Of a stretch of DNA of 64,000 bases, positions 30,165 through 39,687 are shown piece after piece. The stretch lies in NCBI GenBank assembly GCA_030065575.1, contig JASJDZ010000006.1, forward strand, positions 21,722-85,721, written 5' to 3'. Numbering within the stretch: the stretch's first letter is position 1; each line of letters opens with the position of its first letter. The notes under the pieces are model-generated. The model ran no database searches. It was not told the DNA's origin and saw only the letters and a program-made list of their open reading frames with translations. Source of the DNA: Acidimicrobiia bacterium. GTDB lineage: Bacteria; Actinomycetota; Acidimicrobiia; Spongiisociales; UBA5794. Both the position numbers and the translations under genes were made by a program.

Positions 30165-31673
30165 GTGATGATGCTGACGGTCCGCGATCCGTGGGAACAG
30201 CGCCTCGACTGGGTGCTCAGCGCCGTTCTGTGGGCGAGCCTCACCGTCTCGGTGATTGTGAGTGCAATGCTGTACGGCGCTACCGCAAATGTGGGGGTTT
30301 CCGCCCTCTTCGCCGCAGCCTGGGTGGTCACCATGCAGGTGTTTGCGGCGCGGGGTCGGAATATCGAGCAATGGGGCGAGCTTCTCGCCGTCGTCGGCGT
30401 TGTGGTCTCGCTGGTCGCGATGGCGCTCACCGGCGGTGCCGACTCGGTCTACGTCCTCTTCCTTGCCGGGCCCCCGCTCTTTGCGGCGTCCTTCCTCAGC
30501 CCGCGCATTGCATACGAGATCGGGATCCTCTCCATTGCCGGCCTCTACGTGGTTGCCCGTGCGCTCGAGCAGCCGCTGCTCGATCAGGCGACGTTCCGGT
30601 CGGCCTTCCTCTATGCCCTGATCGTCATTGCGTTCACTCAGGTGAGGCGGATCCTCGTTGAAGCACAGGAGCGCAGCGACGAGCTCCGTGCAGCCTCAGC
30701 GCGTGTTGAGCGCATTCAGAGTGCGCACACTCTGCTCACGTCGCTGTCCGAACTCGCCAACACCCAGGAGCTGAATCCGGTAACGATCGGAACCGTCGCA
30801 CTGCGCGATCTCGCAGCGTCGGTCCCGTTTGCCTCCGGTCGGGTCAGTCTGGTTCGAGACGACGGCGACACGCTGGTCGTTGCGACCAGAGGAACTCCTG
30901 AGGATGGAGTGCCACAGACGTACGAAATCGAGATGCGCGGAATGACACTCGGCACGGTGGAGCTCTGGCCGGAGCCGGGAGCCGATCTGCGGACCTTCCT
31001 TCCCGCCATCCAACCCATTCTCCGACAGCTGGGGCTGGCATTCGACAATGTCGATATCGTGAAGCGAATTGCGCATCGCACCGTCTACGAGGAGAGAGTG
31101 CGCCTGGCCAGAGAACTCCACGACAACATAGGCCCCGGTCTTGCCTCCTTGGGATTGCGCCTGGACATGCTCATCTATCAGGCCACCGATGATCCGGACC
31201 TGGTCCGGCACCTGGAGGGAACCAGAGAGGCCGTCACAGCGCTCGTGGAGGAAGTGCGGACAACGGTGAGTGATCTGAGACATGACAACGTTGCGTCGAT
31301 CGTCGAGCAGGCGCACGAGATTGCCGCAGCGACCGCCGGGGCAGGTCCGGAGATCACGATCGCAGTGCGTGAGCACCGCCCGCCCCGCCCGGCTGTTGCC
31401 GTCGAGATCCGGGCAATTCTCACCGAGGCCGTTCGCAATGCTGTTGAGCACTCCGGCGCCACCCACCTCGGAATCGAGGGTGAAGTGGATCGCGACCGCG
31501 GCCAGATCACCATCTCGGACAATGGGAGTGGTTTTGATCCGGCCGACCTCCCCGACGGGCACTACGGCGTGATGGGCATGCGGGAACGGGCAACCGAGAT
31601 CGGCGCCACCCTGACCATCGACTCCTCGGAGATGGCCGGCAGCCGCATTACCATCGCCTGGGAGGCTGATTGA
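30165..31673 (+). CDS. Membrane sensor histidine kinase, NarL-partner (HisKA_3) type
   Basis: About 5 N-terminal TM helices and a central GAF-like region. H-box RLARELHDNIGPGL, N-box EAVRNAVEHSGA, G-boxes DNGSGFD and GVMGMRERA. Confidence 0.85.
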   Translation: MMMLTVRDPWEQRLDWVLSAVLWASLTVSVIVSAMLYGATANVGVSALFAAAWVVTMQVFAARGRNIEQWGELLAVVGVVVSLVAMALTGGADSVYVLFLAGPPLFAASFLSPRIAYEIGILSIAGLYVVARALEQPLLDQATFRSAFLYALIVIAFTQVRRILVEAQERSDELRAASARVERIQSAHTLLTSLSELANTQELNPVTIGTVALRDLAASVPFASGRVSLVRDDGDTLVVATRGTPEDGVPQTYEIEMRGMTLGTVELWPEPGADLRTFLPAIQPILRQLGLAFDNVDIVKRIAHRTVYEERVRLARELHDNIGPGLASLGLRLDMLIYQATDDPDLVRHLEGTREAVTALVEEVRTTVSDLRHDNVASIVEQAHEIAAATAGAGPEITIAVREHRPPRPAVAVEIRAILTEAVRNAVEHSGATHLGIEGEVDRDRGQITISDNGSGFDPADLPDGHYGVMGMRERATEIGATLTIDSSEMAGSRITIAWEAD

Positions 31674-31674
31674 G

Positions 31675-32304
31675 ATGACAATCAAGATCGTCATCGCCGA
31701 CGACCATACGATGATGCGCGAAGGGCTTTCGCAAGCCCTTGACAGCATCCCGGATATCGAAGTCATCGCCAGCGCCGCCGATGGCAGGGAACTGCTCGAG
31801 ACTCTGGAGACAGTCACTCCCGACGTAGTCCTCGTCGATATCGAGATGCCCAAGCTCAGCGGTATCGGTGCTCTGCGCCGTCTCGAGGGCAAACCGCTCG
31901 CAATAGTCGTGACCATGCATGCAGATGACGATCAGCGTCGTAAGGCCGCCGCTGCCGGAGCCAGAGGCTTTCTCTCTAAATCAGCTCCGCTCCCCGATCT
32001 CGCCGCAGCCATCAGGGCGGTTGCGGCCGGCGAGGTGATCATCGAAGCCGAGTCGATACCGGAGATTCTCGATATGCACCGGCAGCCGATACTCGACGAA
32101 GGTGCGGCAGCCCTCACTGCGCGAGAACGGGAACTGCTCAAACTGCTTGCGTCCGGTGTGAGCAGCACCGAGGACTTGGCCGACCAGCTCTACATCTCGC
32201 AGAAGACGGTCAAGAATCACCTGGCCTCGATCTACGAGAAGCTCGCCATCACCGATCGCGCCCAAGCCGTCGTCGAGGCCATTCGCCTGGGCATTCACAA
32301 GTAG
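31675..32304 (+). CDS. NarL/LuxR-family response regulator
   Basis: Receiver domain (IVIADDH...VVLVDIEMPKLSG) plus LuxR HTH (LTARERELLKLLASGVSSTEDLADQLYISQKTVKNHLASIYEKL). It starts 2 nt after the kinase stop. Confidence 0.9.
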   Translation: MTIKIVIADDHTMMREGLSQALDSIPDIEVIASAADGRELLETLETVTPDVVLVDIEMPKLSGIGALRRLEGKPLAIVVTMHADDDQRRKAAAAGARGFLSKSAPLPDLAAAIRAVAAGEVIIEAESIPEILDMHRQPILDEGAAALTARERELLKLLASGVSSTEDLADQLYISQKTVKNHLASIYEKLAITDRAQAVVEAIRLGIHK

Positions 32305-32389
32305 CGAAGACGGGTCGGGAGACCCATTGCCCTTGCTCGCATACCTCCATACTGTCGTGATCACTCACCTTTTCAAGGAGGAACGAAAC

Positions 32390-32560
32390 ATGCTCCGTAT
32401 GTGGACTGCACTCGAGACCCGTCTCAGCAACGAAGACGGCGCCTCGCTGGTTGAGTACGCACTGCTGGTAGCCCTCATCGCCATCGTCGCTCTCATTGCG
32501 ATCACGGCCGTCGGTAACTCAGTGTCGAGCAACTTCAACAGCATCGCGCAGACTCTCTAG
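32390..32560 (+). CDS. flp: Flp-family type IVb prepilin
   Basis: 56 aa: MLRMWTALETRLSNEDG/ASLVEYALLVALIAIVALIAITAVG... This matches the Flp processing motif (G / xxxxEY followed by a hydrophobic helix). AAGGAGG sits 8 nt upstream of the ATG. The track ORF from 32327 is too long. Confidence 0.8.
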   Translation: MLRMWTALETRLSNEDGASLVEYALLVALIAIVALIAITAVGNSVSSNFNSIAQTL

Positions 32561-32603
32561 ACAGTGCGCAGGCTGTTCAGCCTGCATAAGACAAATGCGG
32601 AAT

Positions 32604-32634
32604 CGGGGTCCCAACCGGGGCCCCGCTTCTCTTT
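32604..32634 (+). terminator. Intrinsic terminator after flp
   Basis: CGGGGTCCC-AACC-GGGGCCCCG (9 bp with one G-U) followed by CTTCTCTTTG. A second hairpin lies at 32568-32585 (GCAGGCTG/CAGCCTGC). Confidence 0.6.
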
Positions 32635-32691
32635 GCGCCCGAGAAACTACCGGAGCTTGCGAACAGGCGCCGAGCCGCCGGCCTCGGGCGA

Positions 32692-34032
32692 TTACTCCTT
32701 CAGGACCGTGAAGAACTCATCCTCATAGGCGATCTCCCAACCCAGCAGCTGGAGGTAGCCGATGACCGGCCATTCCACGGGGACCAGGGCCTGGCGAATA
32801 CCCAGCTCCGCAAACGTCTCCTCGACTCTCACCCCCGACTTGATGTCGTGGAACCGATCCAAGCCTTCCCATCCGTACAGCTCAGCTCGATCGTCAATGA
32901 AGACCTCTCTCTCCGGCCAAGCCGCATAGATGAGGTATCCGCCTGCTGCCGTGTCGTTGAATTGCCGTCCCGAATCGAGCGACGACATTGCACCCGCCGA
33001 TGGAAATAGCTCCTCCGAAAGCGGGGCAACTTGGATCAGCCCGAGCACCGCAACAGCCCCGAGCACCAGGCCAAACGCCCAGTTGAGAACGAGAGCCTCC
33101 TGACGGGGACCCGATTTGGCACGGGCACGCTGTGGCAGTGCCCTGACTGCAAACGGCAGAAGCACCATGACCGCGGGCCAGACGTTGCGCCCCGCCATCA
33201 CGCCGAATGACACAAACGGGATGATGATCCACAGATCCGACGTCTGCAGGGCCCCCCGCGTCCCGGCAATGATCACCGCAAGAATCACCAGCAGCAGCGG
33301 CACGACGAACGGATTGGAGAAGTCCGGCGGGTGCCACTCAGAAATCAGGTCCAGGGCCGCACTGTTTTGCAGGAACTGCACGAGGATCAGCCACACCCCT
33401 ATGCCATGAGCCGTGAGCAGCGTTGCCAGCCCGGCAGCCACCACCGCGGCGACCTGGCGACGAGACTTCCGCCGCATGGCATCGAGAAAGAGATAGCCGA
33501 GGCCGACCACAAACATGCCGTGCACCGACGCCCACAACCAGAAGAGCAACGGGAGAGCCCACAGGGGTCGCCGCTTGGAATGCGCAATGGCTACCACGCA
33601 CGCCAGCAAGACGAAGCCCAATAGCGCAGGCCGGGCAACGGCAAATGGAGATGACTGCCACAGCATCAGGACGAGCGCTCCGAGGGTTACCCAGTGGCTC
33701 CGATTGGAGACGCGATAGATGACAAGGCCGATCAGTCCTATCGCCAGAGAGACCGCCAGGAACTTCATCATCGGGACCCAGCCAATTCCTCCGGTCGTTC
33801 TCTCCAGCCATCCGTAGCCGAGCTCGGCTAGCCAGGATTGGGTCCGCCATGCCGCTCCAGCTTCGGTGAAAGAGAACGGATCAGCGGTCAGCACCTGGCC
33901 CCGATCGATCTGTAGCGTCCCGGCTCGAACGTGCCAGAGGAAGGAGTTGTCACCGATCGGCTGAGTCGCACGCCAGGCAACCGCAACGAACGGCACCAGG
34001 AATCGCAGATGGGCTACGCGCAGCTGCGCCAC
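32692..34032 (-). CDS. Polytopic membrane protein (about 9 TM plus a C-terminal soluble domain of about 110 aa), unknown function, coupled to tadC
   Basis: Its start lies 4 nt after the tadC stop. Hydrophobic helices run through residue 335, then a soluble domain (GGYLIYAAWPEREVFIDDRAELYGWEGLDRF...). The architecture resembles GT-C type lipid-linked-sugar transferases, but I see no diagnostic motif. Confidence 0.6.
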   Translation of the reverse strand: MAQLRVAHLRFLVPFVAVAWRATQPIGDNSFLWHVRAGTLQIDRGQVLTADPFSFTEAGAAWRTQSWLAELGYGWLERTTGGIGWVPMMKFLAVSLAIGLIGLVIYRVSNRSHWVTLGALVLMLWQSSPFAVARPALLGFVLLACVVAIAHSKRRPLWALPLLFWLWASVHGMFVVGLGYLFLDAMRRKSRRQVAAVVAAGLATLLTAHGIGVWLILVQFLQNSAALDLISEWHPPDFSNPFVVPLLLVILAVIIAGTRGALQTSDLWIIIPFVSFGVMAGRNVWPAVMVLLPFAVRALPQRARAKSGPRQEALVLNWAFGLVLGAVAVLGLIQVAPLSEELFPSAGAMSSLDSGRQFNDTAAGGYLIYAAWPEREVFIDDRAELYGWEGLDRFHDIKSGVRVEETFAELGIRQALVPVEWPVIGYLQLLGWEIAYEDEFFTVLKE

Positions 34033-34035
34033 GGT

Positions 34036-34938
34036 CTACAGGATCGATTCGGAGATCTGAATCGCAGCCGGTCCGAGCAACACCACAAAGATCCCGGGGA
34101 AGATGCAGAGCACCAGCGGGAACGTCATCTTGACCGGAGCCGCAAAGGCGCGCTCCTGAGCGCGGAGCCGCCGCCGAACCCTCATCTCATCGGCCTGGAC
34201 GCGCAGCATTCGAGATATCGAGACACCGAATGCATCGGCCTGTGTCAAAGCCATGATGAATGTGTTCAAATCATCAACATCGGTGCGCTCTGCAAGGGAC
34301 TTCAGCGCAGCATTCCTGCTCACGCCGACCCTGGTTTCCTGGAGCATGCGAGAGAACTCATCGCTGAGCTCACCGGGTACGTTTTGGACAACACGGCCCA
34401 GCGCCCCCTCGAATCCCAGGCCGGCCTCAACGCTGATGACCAGGAGGTCGATGACGTCCGGCAGATCCCGCTCCATCTTGGCTTTCCGCTCATCAACCCG
34501 CCGGGTGAGAATCGCTTCTGGCCCGAGAGCACCGATCAGCAGGGCGCCGAACATCGCGGCGAGCCTGGTGGTCCCTTCGAGCTGCCCGGAAACAAAGATC
34601 GTCAGCAGAATGCCGAGCACCAACGACAACACTCGGATAACCGCCCATGAGCTGCCATCCAGACGCGGCGCCCACCCGGCGATCAGCAGTTTCTTCTCGA
34701 CACGCGCACCCCAACCTTGTGGCGTGTAGCGCATGAAGAAACGACCGACCCCTTGGAACATGGGGGCGACGGCGCGCTCGCCGAAGCCCTTTTCCAGAAC
34801 CTCAGCTCTTGTCTCTCGCAGACCGGCGAGACGTCGCGACGCGCTGGCCCGCGCCTTCAGGACACCGCTGCCGATGAAGATGGTTGCAGCGCCAAGTGTT
34901 ACGCCGACCGCAATTGCAGCGAATAGTGCTTGATCCAT
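34036..34938 (-). CDS. tadC: Tad pilus inner-membrane platform protein TadC (T2SS F-domain)
   Basis: 300 aa with an N-terminal TM helix, a cytoplasmic T2SSF-like helical domain (ERDLPDVIDLLVISVEAGLGFEGAL) and C-terminal TM helices. It directly follows tadB. Confidence 0.8.
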   Translation of the reverse strand: MDQALFAAIAVGVTLGAATIFIGSGVLKARASASRRLAGLRETRAEVLEKGFGERAVAPMFQGVGRFFMRYTPQGWGARVEKKLLIAGWAPRLDGSSWAVIRVLSLVLGILLTIFVSGQLEGTTRLAAMFGALLIGALGPEAILTRRVDERKAKMERDLPDVIDLLVISVEAGLGFEGALGRVVQNVPGELSDEFSRMLQETRVGVSRNAALKSLAERTDVDDLNTFIMALTQADAFGVSISRMLRVQADEMRVRRRLRAQERAFAAPVKMTFPLVLCIFPGIFVVLLGPAAIQISESIL

Positions 34939-35993
34939 TAGACATCCACCTTGACGATTCGAGAAAGCCAGAAGATCCCCACCCCGAGCATCACCCCCGC
35001 ACCACCAAGGGCAAGCAGCCCGGCAGTCGATTCGAGCATGGGTTCCAGGTAGTCACGTCGAGTCAGGAAAAGGAACGCAAACAAGAAGATCGGCAGGGAC
35101 CCCAGCACAATTGCGGAGACCCGGCCTTCGGCGGTGAGGGCCTTCATCTCACGGCGGAGCCGATTGCGCTGCAGCATGGTGTCGGCTGCGGTCTGCAGCA
35201 CCTCGGCCAGATTGCCACCCACCTCTCGCTGAATGCTGATCGCCAGCACAGCCCAGTCGAAGTCGAGCGACTCCATCCGATCGGCGACCTGCTTGAGTGC
35301 GGCGACCGGGGAACGACCCAGTCGGGTCTCGTTCATGGCTCGTCCAAACTCGCGAGCGGTGGGCTCCGGAGCCTCAGCGGCCACGGCCTCAACAGCCTGC
35401 AGCAGCGAATACCCGGACCGCAATGATGTGGAAAGCAGGTTCAGAGTGTCCGGGAGTTGATTCTCGAACTTCGCCTTGTGGCGGGCGGCCACGCCCTGAA
35501 CCATGACAACCGAGACTCCCAACACCACAGCAGCCGCAACGGCGCCGAAGATCGGGCTCTGCGAGTAGACCATGACCATGAGCCCACCGATGGCGGCAAG
35601 ACCGATGATCCCGGCAATGGCTTCACCTGGCCGCAGCGGCAGGTTGGCCTGATCCAATGCGGTTTCGATTTGATTGATGAACCCGCGATCACGTGCGATG
35701 TCCTCCGCTCCGGTTACGAAGCGACGCAGTAGTGGGATGCTTGCGAGTCGGCCCCGATCCTCGGTATCTCCAGACAATGCTCCCAACCGGCCTCGCAGAT
35801 CACGCTCCACGCCGGCGTTGGACCCAAAGAGGATGAAGATGAACAGGAACAGGGCGATGCCGGCTCCAATCGCCCCAAGCAACACCAGTAGCGACTGCCG
35901 ACCGGTCGACTCGGAACTCTGGGCGAGTGCCGGGGCTGCGGTGATCGCCAGCAGTGCGACCGCCAAACCAGCTACTGCGAGCAGACGCTTCAT
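34938..35993 (-). CDS. tadB: Tad pilus inner-membrane platform protein TadB (T2SS F-domain) with a signal-peptide-like N-terminus
   Basis: T2SSF-like core (FENQLPDTLNLLSTSLRSGYSLLQAVEAV). It follows tadA/cpaF. The N-terminus MKRLLAVAGLAVALLAITAAPALAQSS looks like a Sec signal. Confidence 0.8.
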   Translation of the reverse strand: MKRLLAVAGLAVALLAITAAPALAQSSESTGRQSLLVLLGAIGAGIALFLFIFILFGSNAGVERDLRGRLGALSGDTEDRGRLASIPLLRRFVTGAEDIARDRGFINQIETALDQANLPLRPGEAIAGIIGLAAIGGLMVMVYSQSPIFGAVAAAVVLGVSVVMVQGVAARHKAKFENQLPDTLNLLSTSLRSGYSLLQAVEAVAAEAPEPTAREFGRAMNETRLGRSPVAALKQVADRMESLDFDWAVLAISIQREVGGNLAEVLQTAADTMLQRNRLRREMKALTAEGRVSAIVLGSLPIFLFAFLFLTRRDYLEPMLESTAGLLALGGAGVMLGVGIFWLSRIVKVDV

Positions 35994-35996
35994 GAT

Positions 35997-37346
35997 CTAC
36001 CGTCCCGCAAACGGCTCGGGAGCGAAGAGATCCGCCGGCAGGTTGATCCCGAAGTCGGTCAGCCTGTCGCTGAAGGAGGGGCGAATACCGGTCGCCTTGA
36101 GGCGGCCCTTGTACATGCCGTTCTCATCGATACCCATGCCGTAGTCGAAGAGGAAGAGGTCCTGGGTGGTGATCACGTCACCTTCCATGCCGACCACCTC
36201 GGTCACCTGAGTAACCCGGCGGGACCCGTCACGCAGACGGTTGAGGTGAACCACGAGGTCGACAGCCGATGACACCTGTTCCCGGATGGCTCGCACCGGA
36301 AGCTCCATGCCGGCCATCAACACCATGGTCTCAATACGAGACAGGGTGTCACGAGGAGTGTTGGAGTGAACGGTGGTGAGCGAACCGTCGTGACCGGTGT
36401 TCATGGCCTGAAGCATGTCGAGTGCTTCGCCGCCACGGACCTCACCAACGACGATGCGGTCGGGGCGCATACGCAACGTGTTGCGCACGAGATCTCGAAT
36501 GGTGACCTGGCCCTTGCCCTCGATGTTGGCCGGTCGACCCTCGAGCGAGAGGACGTGCATCTGGTTGAGCCGGAGCTCTGCCGCGTCCTCCACGGTGATG
36601 ATCCGATCGGTATCGGGAATGAAGCTGGAGAGAACGTTGAGCAGGGTCGTCTTTCCGGAGCCGGTACCACCGCTGACGATGATGTTGAGGCGACCGTAGA
36701 CACACCGCCGCAGGAAGCCTGCGACTTGCTCGCTGAATGCGCCCATACCCACCAACTGGTCGGAGGTGAACGGGTCGGCCGAGAACTTACGAATGGTCAG
36801 GAAGGGCCCACCGATTGCGAGCGGGTGAATGACGGCATTGACACGAGATCCATCCGGGAGACGGGCATCAACCATCGGGGTTGACTCGTCGATGCGGCGA
36901 CCAACCTGGCCGACGATCTTCTCGATGATGCGCTCGAGGTGGGTTGCGTCGACGAAACGAGTCTCCGAGAGACTGAGCCGACCGGCGCGCTCCACCCAGA
37001 CCTGGTGTGGTCCGTTGACCATGACCTCGGTGATGTCCGTATCGGAGAGGTAAGGATCGATGGGTCCGTATCCAAGGACATCGTCTGCGATCTCCTGGAG
37101 CAGGGCAACACGATCTGCCCGCGCCAGAGGCACAGACTCTTCCTGGTCGAGTGCCCACTCGAGCATCTCCATCACTCGCAGCTTGAGCTCAGCATCGCTC
37201 ATCTGCCGGTCGTACAGCATCGGGCCCAAGCCTTCTACCACTTTGTAGTGGAGCTTGCGACGCAACTCCTGAACAACCTCTTCGCGGTGACCGTCGACGG
37301 TCACCTCTGCAGCCTTTGCTGCCTTTACCCGATCGGCGAGACTCAT
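35997..37346 (-). CDS. tadA: Tad pilus secretion ATPase TadA/CpaF
   Basis: Walker [14 protein letters not shown], Walker B region [11 protein letters not shown] and His box [12 protein letters not shown]. Confidence 0.92.
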   Translation of the reverse strand: MSLADRVKAAKAAEVTVDGHREEVVQELRRKLHYKVVEGLGPMLYDRQMSDAELKLRVMEMLEWALDQEESVPLARADRVALLQEIADDVLGYGPIDPYLSDTDITEVMVNGPHQVWVERAGRLSLSETRFVDATHLERIIEKIVGQVGRRIDESTPMVDARLPDGSRVNAVIHPLAIGGPFLTIRKFSADPFTSDQLVGMGAFSEQVAGFLRRCVYGRLNIIVSGGTGSGKTTLLNVLSSFIPDTDRIITVEDAAELRLNQMHVLSLEGRPANIEGKGQVTIRDLVRNTLRMRPDRIVVGEVRGGEALDMLQAMNTGHDGSLTTVHSNTPRDTLSRIETMVLMAGMELPVRAIREQVSSAVDLVVHLNRLRDGSRRVTQVTEVVGMEGDVITTQDLFLFDYGMGIDENGMYKGRLKATGIRPSFSDRLTDFGINLPADLFAPEPFAGR

Positions 37347-37371
37347 GCGTCCCCTCCTGGTTCTGTCCTAC

Positions 37372-38556
37372 TCATCGGAACCATCGGCGCTTTGCGCCTT
37401 CGTCTTCACTCTCTTCTAGATCGCCCTCATCGAGAGCGAGCTGAGCAACCCCGCGCAGGTCCCTGGCTACGCGACTGCGGGGGTACAGGGTGACGACTGG
37501 TTCGCCTTCATTGACCGCACGGGGGACGAGTTTGTCCGACGACACGGCAGCTTGAACCTCGAGACCCAGTGAGCGTTCCAGCTCACCGATGTCGAGGCGG
37601 GCCTTCGAGTTGACCCTGTTGAGAACAAGCTTCATTTTCTCGAATGGGAACTTGATGAGCCGCAGGGTGTCCAATGCAAGCTTGGCGTTCTTCACGGCGG
37701 GCAGGTCCATGTCCACCACCAGAAGAACGACGTCCGAGCGCTCCAGGATCGACAGCACCGGCTCATCGAGGAACGGTGCGGTGTCGATCACGATGTAGTC
37801 GAACATGCGCTTGAGCATGCCAATCGACTTCACGACGACCTGCGTCGACACTTCGTCTGCCAGCGATGGCTCGAGAGGAGCAGACAGCACCCGCATCCCC
37901 GATGCATGCCTGGCGAGCAGGCTCTCCAGCAAGTCCTCATCGAGCTTGTCGATATCCCTGGCCACATCGACAATCGTGTGCCGGGGATCGATCTGCAGCG
38001 AGATGCAGACATCTCCGAACTGCAGGTCGGCGTCAAGGATGACCACCCGGGACGGATCGCCCCATCCCGCCAGTGTGAGCGCGGTATTGACCGTGGTCAT
38101 GGTCTTCCCGGCGCCACCCTTTGGCGACATGATCGTCACCACTTTGCCGATTCGCCGTTTCGCCGGGCCTTCTTCTTCGCGACGATGGATTTGCTCGATG
38201 AGACCGAAGGCATCCTCGATCTTCGACGACGTGAGCGGAACCTCGATGACGTCCTTGATACCTGCCCGCAGGGCCGCACGGAGCACATTGGTATCAACGG
38301 CGTCGGCAACGAGGACAACCGGAAGGTCAGCCCGAACGTCGAACAGGAGTGTCACCTCGACCACGCCGGCCTCGTGAGCGTACGAGGGACCGGCAATGGC
38401 CAGGTCGATCGACTCCTCGACCAATCGCCGCTGCGCATCGCTGATGTTGCGAGCTGTGTGGACCTTGTGGCCCTCGAGCAGCGTTCTGGTCGCTTCGACG
38501 AACTGGTCGTCGTTATCGACTATTAAGACTGAATAGGTTGCACTATCCGTTGCCAA
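37372..38556 (-). CDS. tadZ: TadZ/CpaE-like pilus localisation ATPase: atypical receiver domain plus MinD/ParA ATPase
   Basis: Deviant Walker A SPKGGAGKTMTTVN. The N-terminal receiver-like fold (VLIVDNDD...) lacks the phospho-acceptor Asp (IDLAIAGPS). TTG at 38556 is preceded by AGGAG. The track start, TTG at 38577, overlaps cpaB by 35 nt. Confidence 0.8.
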   Translation of the reverse strand: MATDSATYSVLIVDNDDQFVEATRTLLEGHKVHTARNISDAQRRLVEESIDLAIAGPSYAHEAGVVEVTLLFDVRADLPVVLVADAVDTNVLRAALRAGIKDVIEVPLTSSKIEDAFGLIEQIHRREEEGPAKRRIGKVVTIMSPKGGAGKTMTTVNTALTLAGWGDPSRVVILDADLQFGDVCISLQIDPRHTIVDVARDIDKLDEDLLESLLARHASGMRVLSAPLEPSLADEVSTQVVVKSIGMLKRMFDYIVIDTAPFLDEPVLSILERSDVVLLVVDMDLPAVKNAKLALDTLRLIKFPFEKMKLVLNRVNSKARLDIGELERSLGLEVQAAVSSDKLVPRAVNEGEPVVTLYPRSRVARDLRGVAQLALDEGDLEESEDEGAKRRWFR

Positions 38557-39571
38557 GGAGGACTCCTGCCTCTTCAAATCTCAGGCGAATCCGATCGATC
38601 AAGGTGAACAGGTCGTCAACGATCACACCGTCGGAGGTGATCGGGTCGTAGACCTTGTTCTGCCCATTCTCGTTCTCACCGCTAGGAATGAGGCTCAGCG
38701 AGACACTGGTGTACTGGGCTGCGAACTCGATCTCTTCCGCCTGCTCGGGCGTGACTTCGAGAATCACGATCTGAGCGCCCGCGGGCTCCAATCCGGTGCC
38801 GAGCGGGCTCGGGCGGGTATCAGGGCCGACGGCCAAGACCTCGATGTCTTGCAGCACAGTCTGGGTGAAATCAATCGATCCCGGCAGCGACTGTGCCAGA
38901 CGGGCAATCGCGTCCTCTTCTTCCTCGGCCTGTCCGTCTTCGGTGACCGGCGTTCCCGCGGTGTCCTCGGGGACGGCCTCGGCTCCAAGCAGAAGCTGGC
39001 GAAGTTCCGGGTCCTCGAACAGCGCGGTGGACTCAGTCAGGTCGAAGGACACCGACGCGATGATGTTGACGCGGTCGCCGGGGCGCACAAAGCCACCAAC
39101 TGTGTTCTCCTCGTTCGGGCGGAACGAGATGGCGACCTTCCCCTCGGGGATCGACTCGGAGAGCTTCACATCGGAAAGCAGGTTTGGTGCGATGAACATG
39201 TCGGCAGTGATCAGCTGACCGGCGCTGATCGGACCTGCGGCAACGTTGATCGGATCCAGGACCGACTCCAGTCGCGGATTGCGACCGCAGACATCCAATG
39301 GTGCGTCGGAGGTATCTGTCGGACCATCGCAGACGATCCTCGATCCTTCAAAGACGACCGACTCACGCAGTGCCGTTGACTCGACAATGAGCGGCTCGAC
39401 TTCGGCGACGCTGGTCCCCGTTTCGATCAACTCGGTCGCCCGATACACAATCACTTCCTGGACCTCGGAGCGTGCCTCCGATTCAACGGATGACAGGTAC
39501 TGCCACACCGAGAACGCAGAAACCGCCGCGAGAGCAAGTGCAATTATCAGTACAAGGGATCGTCTACCCAT
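38543..39571 (-). CDS. cpaB: Flp pilus assembly protein CpaB/RcpC-like (SAF domain)
   Basis: N-terminal TM anchor RSLVLIIALALAAVSAFSVWQYL, SAF-like beta region and first position in the tad operon. The assignment rests mainly on architecture and context. Confidence 0.7.
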   Translation of the reverse strand: MGRRSLVLIIALALAAVSAFSVWQYLSSVESEARSEVQEVIVYRATELIETGTSVAEVEPLIVESTALRESVVFEGSRIVCDGPTDTSDAPLDVCGRNPRLESVLDPINVAAGPISAGQLITADMFIAPNLLSDVKLSESIPEGKVAISFRPNEENTVGGFVRPGDRVNIIASVSFDLTESTALFEDPELRQLLLGAEAVPEDTAGTPVTEDGQAEEEEDAIARLAQSLPGSIDFTQTVLQDIEVLAVGPDTRPSPLGTGLEPAGAQIVILEVTPEQAEEIEFAAQYTSVSLSLIPSGENENGQNKVYDPITSDGVIVDDLFTLIDRIRLRFEEAGVLLGNG

Positions 39572-39687
39572 TTCACATGGCCCTTCCGGTCTGTTCTGAA
39601 AGCATCACACGACAGAGATCAGACAGAGACCCCACACGCCGCACCACAAGCCAAGCACCAACACGCTTGGTGTCAAGTACCTTCGGG

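Noticed and set aside
30696-31916. 406-aa minus-strand ORF
   Set aside because: It is antisense to the histidine kinase and response regulator genes, which carry H, N and G boxes and a LuxR HTH.
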